Of a stretch of 34,468 bases of DNA, positions 18,928-27,437 are shown in pieces. The notes under the pieces are model-generated. The model was not told the DNA's origin and did not search any database. It was given only the letters and a program-made list of their open reading frames with translations. Position 1 is the first letter of the stretch. Each line of letters starts with the position of its first letter. Location of the stretch: positions 1 through 34,468 of the IMG/VR virus record IMGVR_UViG_3300004097_000024; one strand, written 5' to 3'. The translations under genes and the position numbers were made by a program. The stretch is from a virus (taxonomy: Duplodnaviria > Caudoviricetes).

Positions 18928-19009
18928 CCTCTATTATATATTATAATATAACAATTACAACCTTTATTATTAAAATAGTTAAAAAAGTCAATATATAATG
19001 GTTTTTTTG

Positions 19010-19040
19010 TTGACCTGCGCATTTTATATGATATATTATT
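19010..19040 (+). promoter_or_regulatory. Promoter overlapped by motif variant ACCTGCGCATTT
   Basis: TTGACC 19010-19015, motif 19013-19024, TATATT-like -10. Confidence 0.55.
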
Positions 19041-19060
19041 ACTACAAAAGGGAGTATATC

Positions 19061-19273
19061 ATGAAAGATAATGAGAAAACAAGAGTATTAAAAAGTAATT
19101 TAAAATTAATGACATTTCAAGAACTTGATTTTATAGAAAACGATTTAAAAAATTATAGATATAATAAAAAAATACATAAATATAATTTATTAAATAAAAC
19201 ACAAATAAAAGACTGCTTATCTTATGCAAGATTTTCCAAAAAAATTGGAGAACTTCAAAATGCAAAAAAATAA
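19061..19273 (+). CDS. Hypothetical protein
   Basis: ATG 19061 after AAGGGAG. Confidence 0.65.
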   Translation: MKDNEKTRVLKSNLKLMTFQELDFIENDLKNYRYNKKIHKYNLLNKTQIKDCLSYARFSKKIGELQNAKK

Positions 19274-19772
19274 AATAGAATCAAAAGAAGCTAAATTGAT
19301 AATAAGCATATCAAGAAAATTCAATCATAAACCAACAACTCATTTTGATAAAAAACAATTAAAAAATATAATAAAAACTTTCAGTGAAGATGAAAAACAT
19401 ATTTATACAAAATATTATTTTGATTTTTCAAGTGGAAAAGCACAAGACTTTGTTTTAAATGCAGAAGAGAATATTAAGACCATCAAGAAATCTTTGAAAT
19501 ACTTTTTTTATTCTGCTTGTTTATTTACATTATTATTTTTAATGAGTGGCTGCACAACTACAAGAACTGAATATATAGAACTTGAACCAGTAATAAAAAA
19601 AGAATTTGTTTTCTTAAATTGTAAAGTGCCATCTGAATTATTGACAACTAACGAAATAAAAATTGAAAAAGAAAAAGCTTTTGAAATCTTACAGAAGATC
19701 GCAAAAGAAACAAATGATCGCAAACGTAAAATTGAATTAATAAAATCAATTGAATGCATTGAGGAAATATAA
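19260..19772 (+). CDS. Putative o-spanin-like lipoprotein with N-terminal extension
   Basis: Lipobox LMSGC (Cys 19551) followed by Pro/Cys-containing segment (NCKVPSELL); lipobox lies about 97 aa into the ORF. Confidence 0.5.
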   Translation: MQKNKIESKEAKLIISISRKFNHKPTTHFDKKQLKNIIKTFSEDEKHIYTKYYFDFSSGKAQDFVLNAEENIKTIKKSLKYFFYSACLFTLLFLMSGCTTTRTEYIELEPVIKKEFVFLNCKVPSELLTTNEIKIEKEKAFEILQKIAKETNDRKRKIELIKSIECIEEI

Positions 19773-19774
19773 TA

Positions 19775-20205
19775 ATGAATTTTAAAAATAAAATGATACA
19801 TGAAGATTTTTCAAATAAATATAAATTAAAAAATTATGTTGGGGAGAGAAAGCAAAAGTTGATATTCAATTTCACAGAAAACTTGACTTTGTAGATAATC
19901 ACGAAATAAGAAAAGAATTTAATTCAATACAACACAAAGTTATTAATAAGTTATATATTGAAATGATTAAAGATGAAGAAACCTTAAAAAACTTATGTTT
20001 GGTTACTAATTCATATTTAAAACAAGACCATTTTGAGTTCATAAAAGAAAACATTGAAACTAATGTTTGCAATGATCAAATGAGAAAAGACATCTTTTAT
20101 TCAACTGTTTTCAAAGTTAGATCAATGAGAGTTCAAAGAATGGATGAATATGATGAAAACTATTATAATAAAATGAAAATGAAAAAGAAATTGGAGAACT
20201 TTTAA
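19775..20205 (+). CDS. Hypothetical protein, apparently split by a -1 frameshift; ends KMKKKLENF
   Basis: 39-aa ORF 19775-19894 with GAGG RBS overlaps the open upstream extension of the 19963-20205 frame, whose ATG lacks an RBS. Confidence 0.5.
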
Positions 20206-20678
20206 TGTTTGCAATGCTTGGATTTAAAAATGAAACTTTTGGAGATGAAGGAAATATTGTAATCTCTTATGAAACAAAATTGTTCTTTCCTGAAAATCAT
20301 TATTTGTTTGAAACTTATAATGTAAATAATAGAAAATATTATGATCATAGTGGTATAAGATTAAAAGATGCTGGCAATGAATCTTTGGATGCTGAATATT
20401 TACAAAACGAAAATGAATTAATAGAAGATATATATTATTGTATTGTAGAGAATGAAGAAGGCTTTAATAATTTATGTTATACAACAAGAACAGAGGATTT
20501 TAAAAGTCATATTGATTTTATCAAAAGTAAAGTAGAAAAAAGAATGTTAATAAATGATGGCTATAAAATATCTATTCAATTAACCATTGATATTAAATGT
20601 TTTAGATCAAATAAATACAAAATAAGTGAAGGTGCATACAACAAAATTAAAATAAAGCATAAATTGGAGAACTTTTAA
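20205..20678 (+). CDS. Hypothetical protein, ends KIKHKLENF
   Basis: 157 aa, coupled TAATG. Confidence 0.7.
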   Translation: MFAMLGFKNETFGDEGNIVISYETKLFFPENHYLFETYNVNNRKYYDHSGIRLKDAGNESLDAEYLQNENELIEDIYYCIVENEEGFNNLCYTTRTEDFKSHIDFIKSKVEKRMLINDGYKISIQLTIDIKCFRSNKYKISEGAYNKIKIKHKLENF

Positions 20679-20679
20679 A

Positions 20680-20838
20680 ATGACTAATAAACAAATACAA
20701 AAAGAATTAATTTCAACATTAAACAATATAAAAGAATGTAAAGAAGAATTAATTATTTCAAATAAAAATAATAAAGGGTTGCTTACTGCTTTATTAAGGA
20801 ATCAAGAGATGCAATTAAAGAGAATTGAAAATGATTGA
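20680..20838 (+). CDS. Small hypothetical protein (not in ORF track)
   Basis: 52 aa MTNKQIQKEL..., GGAG RBS, fills the gap. Confidence 0.55.
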   Translation: MTNKQIQKELISTLNNIKECKEELIISNKNNKGLLTALLRNQEMQLKRIEND

Positions 20839-21127
20839 GATCACAACAAAATTAATGGAGAAAATAAAAGAAGAAAACAATATAAAGTATTCTATCAGTG
20901 GTTTTAGATATAAATTTCAAAAGCCTTCTTCTTTAAAACTTCTTAATATTTCAGTTGTAAAAAATAAAAACAATCTTAAATATTTTATTGAAGATGACAA
21001 TCTTGACACATTCATTGAATTTTATATAAATTGTCAAAATTATGATAGAAAAAAAATAGGAAGTGAATGGAAAAAGCAAGGTATAAAAAATATAAGTTTA
21101 AAACGTGAGGATTGGAAACATGATTGA
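20831..21127 (+). CDS. Hypothetical protein
   Basis: About 98 aa, overlaps upstream stop. Confidence 0.65.
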   Translation: MIEITTKLMEKIKEENNIKYSISGFRYKFQKPSSLKLLNISVVKNKNNLKYFIEDDNLDTFIEFYINCQNYDRKKIGSEWKKQGIKNISLKREDWKHD

Positions 21128-21473
21128 TATTAAAAAAGAGTGTGATTATTCAACAAGAATTGACACACCAACATTAAAAAAACACAGTATAACAAGCATT
21201 TTTATTAATTATGAAGGCTTTGATGTGATAGCTGATAAAAGGCGCAATCATTATACATTAAGTTTTAATAATACAAATGAAAAGTTTTCTTGTTTTGCTG
21301 ATATCACAATTGAAGAAGTCTTTAAAAAAATAATTGACATGATTTCAAAAAGAAAAGAAAACCAAAAAACAAGATTGAAAACAGACACAAGGCAATCACA
21401 AATTGCTTGGTTTGCTGAAAAATCAAAGAAAGAAAAACAATTAAAAAAGGAAAATAAAAAAAATGAATTATAA
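21120..21473 (+). CDS. Hypothetical protein
   Basis: ATG 21120 after GAGGA. Confidence 0.65.
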   Translation: MIDIKKECDYSTRIDTPTLKKHSITSIFINYEGFDVIADKRRNHYTLSFNNTNEKFSCFADITIEEVFKKIIDMISKRKENQKTRLKTDTRQSQIAWFAEKSKKEKQLKKENKKNEL

Positions 21474-21582
21474 TATTTTAAAAGCGTTTTCAAGTGTGAA
21501 AAAAAGCTTTCATATAGACACGGAACAACTTGATTATTTAAGAAAACAGAAAAAGAAAAGATTTAAATTAAAACAAACATAA
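21463..21582 (+). CDS. Small basic hypothetical protein (not in ORF track)
   Basis: 39 aa, AAGGA RBS. Confidence 0.35.
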   Translation: MNYNILKAFSSVKKSFHIDTEQLDYLRKQKKKRFKLKQT

Positions 21583-21606
21583 ATATATTGGGAGATATAA
21601 AAAAAA

Positions 21607-22641
21607 ATGAATAAAGATTTTAAATTAGAACACGGCAATTGCCTTGAAGTATTAAAAAAATACCCTGATAATCATTTCGATTCAATAGTTACCGATCCGC
21701 CATACGGAATTGGGTTTATGGGTAAAGAGTGGGATCATGGCGTTCCATCAAAAGAAATTTGGGCTGAATGCTTACGAGTTTTAAAAGCTGGCGGTCATAT
21801 GATAGCATTCGCTGGAACAAGAACACAACATCGTATGGCTTGCAATATTGAGGATGCAGGATTCGAAATTCGTGACATGGGGGGCTGGTTATACGGAAGT
21901 GGATTCCCCAAAAGTTTAAATATAGAAAAATCATTAAAGAAAAAAGGCATTGAAACAGATTTAAAAGGTATTACTGGAACAGCGCTAAAACCAGCATTAG
22001 AACCTTTTACTATTGCAAGAAAACCATTAAGCGAGAAAACGATTGCTGAAAATGTTTTGGTCAACGGAGTTGGAGGAATCAATATTGATGATTGTCGTAT
22101 TCCAACAGATGAAAAGCTTGGTAGAATTGCAACAGAGCAAAAAGAAAAAACCTCTTACTCAATGCATAAAGAATCAAAAGAATTTAATAATAGTGATTTG
22201 AAAGGTTGCAGATTTCCAGCCAACTTAATACATGATAACTCTGATCCAATAGTTGACATTTTAGGAGAGAAAACTAAATATTTTTATTCACCTAAAACAA
22301 GCAAAAAGGATCGCAATGAAGGCTTGGATGATTTTGAAGATAAGCAAACAATTGGTGGCGGTGGAACAAACGGTGATGTTGCAAAAGCTTATGGAAGTGT
22401 TAAAGCAGTTGCAAAAAATAACCACCCAACAGTAAAGCCAACTGATTTAATGGCTTACTTATGTAGATTAGTAACGCCTGAAAATGGCTTAATTTTAGAC
22501 CCATTTTTGGGTAGTGGTTCAACATTGAAAGCAGCAGCAAGGGAAGGCTTTAAAGGTGTAGGTATAGATTTAGATGCTGAATATTTAGAGATAGCAAAAG
22601 CAAGAATTGAATTTGAGTTAAATAAAAAAGATGATAAATAA
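21607..22641 (+). CDS. DNA N6-adenine/N4-cytosine methyltransferase (beta class)
   Basis: IVTDPPY, HPTVKP and DPFLGSGST motifs. Confidence 0.92.
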   Translation: MNKDFKLEHGNCLEVLKKYPDNHFDSIVTDPPYGIGFMGKEWDHGVPSKEIWAECLRVLKAGGHMIAFAGTRTQHRMACNIEDAGFEIRDMGGWLYGSGFPKSLNIEKSLKKKGIETDLKGITGTALKPALEPFTIARKPLSEKTIAENVLVNGVGGINIDDCRIPTDEKLGRIATEQKEKTSYSMHKESKEFNNSDLKGCRFPANLIHDNSDPIVDILGEKTKYFYSPKTSKKDRNEGLDDFEDKQTIGGGGTNGDVAKAYGSVKAVAKNNHPTVKPTDLMAYLCRLVTPENGLILDPFLGSGSTLKAAAREGFKGVGIDLDAEYLEIAKARIEFELNKKDDK

Positions 22642-22699
22642 TTAAATTGTGGTATAATAGCAAGCATTAACATATCCATAGTTAATAATTGATGAATGC

Positions 22700-22733
22700 A
22701 AAAAAGACTTCTTAATTGAAGTCTTTTTTTTTT
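22700..22733. terminator. Bidirectional terminator at convergence of the two accessory arms
   Basis: AAAAAAGACTTC...GAAGTCTTTTTTT. Confidence 0.85.
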
Positions 22734-22748
22734 GTTTATAATTTTATA

Positions 22749-22952
22749 TTAAAAATTATTTATTTTTTCTTGTAATAATATTTTTGTTTCAAACTCTTCT
22801 TTTGTTAACATATAATTTTCATTAATTCCTGATAATAATACATATACATTTTCATTTCCACTTCCACTTCCTGTGTATTCAACTGATGCTATAAAGTCTG
22901 TATTAATAAATACTGTTTTATTATGTATTGTTTTTATTTTTGTTAATTTCAT
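22749..22952 (-). CDS. Hypothetical protein, ends LQEKINNF
   Basis: ATG 22952 after AAGGA; own promoter. Confidence 0.65.
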   Translation of the reverse strand: MKLTKIKTIHNKTVFINTDFIASVEYTGSGSGNENVYVLLSGINENYMLTKEEFETKILLQEKINNF

Positions 22953-23030
22953 TTTTTTAATTCCTTTTATTTTTAAAAGGCTTCTTGCCTTCTTACTCTC
23001 TATTATACTATAATATAATAAAAATAGCAA

Positions 23031-23095
23031 GACCTGCGCATAAATAAATAAGCAAACACAAAAAAACCTATTATATAATAGGTTTTTAATTGATT
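23031..23095 (-). repeat. Intergenic cassette copy 1 (26-bp palindrome plus TTATGCGCAGGT)
   Basis: Near-identical to 27366-27431; palindrome 23062-23087, motif 23032-23043. Confidence 0.85.
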
Positions 23096-23123
23096 AAAAC
23101 TTTAAAAGGTTTCTTTTTATTCA

Positions 23124-23522
23124 TTAAAACTCTTCAACTTTATTAATTAGTTTTATTTTTTCGTATTTTTGGCATCCTTCACTTTCACTGTAAGCCTCAA
23201 TAATTTCTTTATAAATTGATAATTCTTGAACTCTTGGATCTTCTGTGTCATAAGTTGCAACCTCATCTGTTTCGGTATTTATCATTAAGATAACTTTTTT
23301 ATTAATCCAAAAGCAAACATTGAATGATTGCTCACCAATTTCATTTTTTACATCCATTATTCCGTGATAATAAAAATCAAAATCTTTGCTTCCTGTTTCT
23401 TCTATAATGAATTCTTTTAGGTTTTCATATTCCATTATTTGGTTGACAATGTTTTTGACTTCATCGGAATCAATGCTTTGTGATCCATAATTATTTAGTA
23501 TTAAACTTTTAACCTTGCTCAT
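23124..23522 (-). CDS. Hypothetical protein, ends KLINKVEEF
   Basis: ATG 23522 after GAGGA. Confidence 0.7.
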   Translation of the reverse strand: MSKVKSLILNNYGSQSIDSDEVKNIVNQIMEYENLKEFIIEETGSKDFDFYYHGIMDVKNEIGEQSFNVCFWINKKVILMINTETDEVATYDTEDPRVQELSIYKEIIEAYSESEGCQKYEKIKLINKVEEF

Positions 23523-23523
23523 T

Positions 23524-23871
23524 TTAAAAATCCTCAATCTTTTTTATCAAGTCTTTGTTTTCGTATTTAAAAAAATAGTTGTCTTTTTCTTGTTCTGTCA
23601 TTTTCATTAATTTATCTCTTAAAGCAGTAGCTTCATTAAATGCTTTATCAGTTAAAACCTGCTCATCTGGTCGATATGGTGCAAGGAAATCATTTTGATA
23701 AATACTAAATATTGTTCTTTTTCTATCATTATAATAAAAGATTAAGTCATAATAATAGCTACCATCTTTATAACTGTTTGAACCTCTTTTGATTTCAAAG
23801 GTTTTTGCTCTCATAAATTTACTAATGAAAGCTTTTTTGATATAAAATATTAAAACTTTAAAGAATAACAT
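23524..23871 (-). CDS. Hypothetical protein, ends DLIKKIEDF
   Basis: 115 aa, coupled TAATG. Confidence 0.65.
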   Translation of the reverse strand: MLFFKVLIFYIKKAFISKFMRAKTFEIKRGSNSYKDGSYYYDLIFYYNDRKRTIFSIYQNDFLAPYRPDEQVLTDKAFNEATALRDKLMKMTEQEKDNYFFKYENKDLIKKIEDF

Positions 23872-24683
23872 TAAAATTCTTTCACTTTCTTTTCTGTTTT
23901 GTATTGTTCCATTAAATCATAAAAGCCTTTGTCAATGAATTCTTGATCCTTTTTCTTGAAAGAAAACTGACCGCATTTATCGCCCTCGATAAAAAAGAAA
24001 TCTTCCGTTAGATTAGAAAAAATTAATTTTTCTTTTGGTGTTCTTAAACCAGTAACTCCTAAAAAATAAAAGCCATCTTTAATATAATCAATAACACTTT
24101 CATCTTTGCTTGCTGCAATAATTTCATCAAGTTGTTCATTTAAACCTTTAAAATTATATTGAAAGTATTCTATTTTTTGAAACTCTTTGACAAAATGCAA
24201 CTTATTAGTTATTAAATTAGAAATTTCATCAGGGTTGAAATCTTTTTCAAAATCTGCTTTTGATTTACTATTTAATATTTGTTTTATTTTTGCAATCTCT
24301 TCTTCATCATCGTTTTCAATTGCTTCAACCATTCTTTTCATTATTGATTGTATATTTTCAAACTCTGCATCAGTATCTTCACTCACTGAATAATCATCAG
24401 GATTGTATTCTTCAATTTGTTTTTTTAACAATGGTTTATAATCTTCTTTTGCTTCTTGTAAATTTAATATTTCAGTATTATCATAACCGAATTTTAATAA
24501 TACTTTATCATCATCACCAATTCCACAGCTAAAAACCATAACATTTTTTTCTTTTGAAAAGACTTCAAGTTCTATTGATTCGCAAATGTGAGGTCTAAAA
24601 GTTTTTTTGATTGCTTTGATATAATCTTTATAATTTTTAATTTCTTTTTTCATTACCGATTTATTTATTAATAAGTTTTTCAT
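23871..24683 (-). CDS. Acidic hypothetical protein, ends KTEKKVKEF
   Basis: ATG 24683 after AAGGGAG. Confidence 0.75.
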   Translation of the reverse strand: MKNLLINKSVMKKEIKNYKDYIKAIKKTFRPHICESIELEVFSKEKNVMVFSCGIGDDDKVLLKFGYDNTEILNLQEAKEDYKPLLKKQIEEYNPDDYSVSEDTDAEFENIQSIMKRMVEAIENDDEEEIAKIKQILNSKSKADFEKDFNPDEISNLITNKLHFVKEFQKIEYFQYNFKGLNEQLDEIIAASKDESVIDYIKDGFYFLGVTGLRTPKEKLIFSNLTEDFFFIEGDKCGQFSFKKKDQEFIDKGFYDLMEQYKTEKKVKEF

Positions 24684-24709
24684 TAAGTTTTCTCCCTTTT
24701 GTTTCATTT

Positions 24710-24750
24710 ATAATAACAAATTAATAACTTTTGTCAATACCTGCGCATAA
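24710..24750 (-). promoter_or_regulatory. Promoter with TTATGCGCAGGT next to TTGACA
   Basis: Motif 24739-24750, TTGACA 24737-24732. Confidence 0.7.
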
Positions 24751-24775
24751 AAAAAGCCATTAAATAATGACTTTT
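24749..24775 (-). terminator. Intrinsic terminator
   Basis: AAAAGTCATTA...TAATGGC plus T-run. Confidence 0.6.
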
Positions 24776-24795
24776 CTTTTACAGTAGGGGCTTTA

Positions 24796-24996
24796 TTAGA
24801 TAACTAAACCAAACTTTGCTAACCTTTTTCTTGATAATGAAACCAAAGAATTATTGCAATTAAATATTGTTGATAACTCATCATCAGTTAACTTTGGATC
24901 TTCTTGCTTTGCTAATAAAAAACGGTAATCACTACCTTTTAATATGAATCCTATTTTGCTTTCATTTCTTGTTGATATTGCTTTAAGTATGCTCAT
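24796..24996 (-). CDS. Small HTH-like DNA-binding protein
   Basis: DPKLTDDELSTIFNCNNSLVSLSRKRL. Confidence 0.55.
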   Translation of the reverse strand: MSILKAISTRNESKIGFILKGSDYRFLLAKQEDPKLTDDELSTIFNCNNSLVSLSRKRLAKFGLVI

Positions 24997-25058
24997 TTTA
25001 TTTATTCCTTTTATTATACTTTATTATATTATAGTATAATTATAATATAAGTCAACAT

Positions 25059-25403
25059 TTATTTATTTTTAATTATTTCATTTTGAAAAAGCTTTTTATA
25101 TTCGCTTTCAATTTCTTCAATATCTTTTATTTTGTAATAATCAAACATGTCTAATGCTTCTTTATAAAACCAGCTTTCTTTAATTTCTTCAATCTGCTCA
25201 ATAGTATACATTTTATATTTTCCGCCTTCAGTTAATTCTTTTCTTTCTTTTAAACTTGTTAATCTATTAATAGTATAATCTTTTAAAACAATGCTTAAAT
25301 GTTCAGTTCTGTTTTTGTTTTTAATGATTATTTTTATTATACCCAAAATATTTTGATATAGATTTTTAATTTCTTCTTTTTCTTTTTTTGTTAATTTAGC
25401 CAT
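25059..25403 (-). CDS. Hypothetical protein
   Basis: 114 aa, AAGGA RBS. Confidence 0.65.
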   Translation of the reverse strand: MAKLTKKEKEEIKNLYQNILGIIKIIIKNKNRTEHLSIVLKDYTINRLTSLKERKELTEGGKYKMYTIEQIEEIKESWFYKEALDMFDYYKIKDIEEIESEYKKLFQNEIIKNK

Positions 25404-25420
25404 TTTTTAAATTCCTTTAA

Positions 25421-25789
25421 TTATATTGTAAAACCTAATTTTCTTAATCTGCTTCTAACATTTGACATGTGAGAAAGTGAGATGCCAAAGTGTTTTATGA
25501 TGTCTTGATTGTTTGCTTTTGGATTTCTAAATTTATAATATGCGATCTTAAAATCTTTCATTCTAACATTTTTATTTAATAAATTATCAATGCTTCCTAT
25601 CGTATCAAGTGGTCTTAATTCAACGTTGTAGGCTGTTTTAAGTTGTCTTATTGTTGTATTAGAATACATTGAAAGATATATAAAAGACCTGTTCGTGGGT
25701 TGTTCTGTTTTATCTTTTTGTTGTGTTATTGTTTTATTATCAATTAATTTTTTAAATAATAATTCAATTTCTTCTCTTGTCATTTCCAT
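25421..25789 (-). CDS. HTH-like DNA-binding protein
   Basis: NPKANNQDIIKHFGISLSHMSNVRSRL; ATG 25789 after AAGGAG. Confidence 0.6.
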   Translation of the reverse strand: MEMTREEIELLFKKLIDNKTITQQKDKTEQPTNRSFIYLSMYSNTTIRQLKTAYNVELRPLDTIGSIDNLLNKNVRMKDFKIAYYKFRNPKANNQDIIKHFGISLSHMSNVRSRLRKLGFTI

Positions 25790-25973
25790 TTTAATCACTC
25801 TCCTTTTAATAATATTATAGTATAAGTTAACCAATTAGTAAATATTCACTAAATGGTTAACAGAAAGAAGTCATTATATAAAGGGTTTTCTTTTGATTTT
25901 ATTTTTGCAATCTTGATTAATATATAAAATATTATATAATTATATATATTCAACAAACAAAAGGAATTTAAAA

Positions 25974-26282
25974 ATGAAAAAATTAATATTAATAACAACG
26001 CTTTTATTATCATTTAATATAAATGCGCAGGCTACAAAGATGGACTACTGCAACAATCTTGCATCAGTTGCTGAATCAACGATGACAACAAGACAGTCAG
26101 GAGTTTCACTTTCAAATCAATTAGCAATTTTGGAAGGAATAGATAAAGACATTAAAAAAATATTTCAAGCGATCATTCTTGAAGCTTATGAAACACCCCA
26201 ATTTTCAGGTGAAAAATACAGAAAAAGAGCAGTTGTTAATTTTCAAGATTCTATATTATTAAGATGTTTAAAACAAAATTAA
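25974..26282 (+). CDS. Exported protein with Sec signal peptide
   Basis: MKKLILITTLLLSFNINA signal; two Cys; own promoter. Confidence 0.75.
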   Translation: MKKLILITTLLLSFNINAQATKMDYCNNLASVAESTMTTRQSGVSLSNQLAILEGIDKDIKKIFQAIILEAYETPQFSGEKYRKRAVVNFQDSILLRCLKQN

Positions 26283-26312
26283 TAAAAAAAGAAAACTATT
26301 TAAAAGACTTCA

Positions 26313-26888
26313 TCAAGAAGTCTTTTTTTTCAATTTATTTTTGGCACGGCTTACCATCGTTATGTCAACATTTAAAATTTTAGCAATCTCTGATGTTGTT
26401 TTTGTTTTCATTAAATCAAAAACTAATTCTTTTATTGGTGGTTTTTGTTTTAGCTTTCCATCCTTTATTAATTCATTTCTAAATCTTAAACATAATGAAT
26501 AACTTATATTTAATTTTTTTGATAATTTAACGCCATCGATATTATTATTTGTTTTTAATTCATTTAATACAGCATCCTTTATTTTTGAATTATGTTTATT
26601 AATATAAATATTGTTATCTCTTAATAATTTATTAACTGATGAAGGTTTTAAATTCATTCTTTTTTCTATGATGTCATACGACATATAAATGTTTTCTTCA
26701 AATAATTCTTTTAATATTATTTTTCTTCTGGATCTATATTCATCCTTCATTGATATAATTTTTTTGGTTTCTCTTAACTCTCTTATGATATCAACAGCAT
26801 CATCAAAACTTATTTTATTTTTTTTGGCTATCTGTTTTATTGTTAAAAAGTTGCCTTCTTTTATATCTCTTAATATTTTATTCTTCAT
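26313..26888 (-). CDS. Multi-HTH DNA-binding protein
   Basis: Several HTH-like units, e.g. TIKQIAKKNKIS, TTSEIAKILNVDITMVSRAK. Confidence 0.65.
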   Translation of the reverse strand: MKNKILRDIKEGNFLTIKQIAKKNKISFDDAVDIIRELRETKKIISMKDEYRSRRKIILKELFEENIYMSYDIIEKRMNLKPSSVNKLLRDNNIYINKHNSKIKDAVLNELKTNNNIDGVKLSKKLNISYSLCLRFRNELIKDGKLKQKPPIKELVFDLMKTKTTSEIAKILNVDITMVSRAKNKLKKKTS

Positions 26889-26940
26889 GTTATCTCCTCA
26901 ATAATATTGTTATGATAACAATATATAAAAAAAAGTCAAT

Positions 26941-26968
26941 AAAAAAGATAACTAAATTTAGTTATCTT
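26941..26968 (-). terminator. Intrinsic terminator
   Basis: AAGATAACTAAA/TTTAGTTATCTT with T-run on the minus strand. Confidence 0.6.
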
Positions 26969-26995
26969 ATTAATATTATTTAATTTGTTTACTTT

Positions 26996-27304
26996 TTAAA
27001 AGTTTTTTATTGTTTGCTTAGTTTCTAAAAATATTATTTCTTTTTTCAGTTCTTCCTTGTATTCTATTTGATAACCATTATTCAAATACTCCTGTATTAA
27101 TTCTTTTTGTTTTATATTTTTTAAAACTCTTGTGTTAATTATTTTATTTGTTTTCATTGTTGAAGTGGTTTCTTCAATATATTCTTCTATTGTCAAATCA
27201 ATTTGAGTCAATAATTCTTTTGTTAAAAAATCAATTGATGTTCTTGTTGTGCATTCGTCTGTGTCATATTCAGTTGTTATTAAGTATGTGTTTTTAAAAT
27301 CCAT
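26996..27304 (-). CDS. Hypothetical protein, ends ETKQTIKNF
   Basis: 102 aa, AAAGGA RBS. Confidence 0.7.
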   Translation of the reverse strand: MDFKNTYLITTEYDTDECTTRTSIDFLTKELLTQIDLTIEEYIEETTSTMKTNKIINTRVLKNIKQKELIQEYLNNGYQIEYKEELKKEIIFLETKQTIKNF

Positions 27305-27365
27305 TTTGTTAATTCCTTTTGTTTTGCTTATGTCTATATTATATCATGGTATAATTAAAATAATA

Positions 27366-27431
27366 GACCTACGCATAAATTAATTAACAAAACATAAAAA
27401 AACCTATTATATAATAGGTTTTTAATTGATT
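27366..27431 (-). repeat. Intergenic cassette copy 2
   Basis: Motif 27367-27378, palindrome 27398-27423; matches 23031-23095. Confidence 0.85.
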
Positions 27432-27437
27432 TCTTTT

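Noticed and set aside
23062-23087. 26-bp perfect palindrome as a protelomerase (telRL) site
   Set aside because: Short, present twice, located just after gene ends, and no protelomerase in the window
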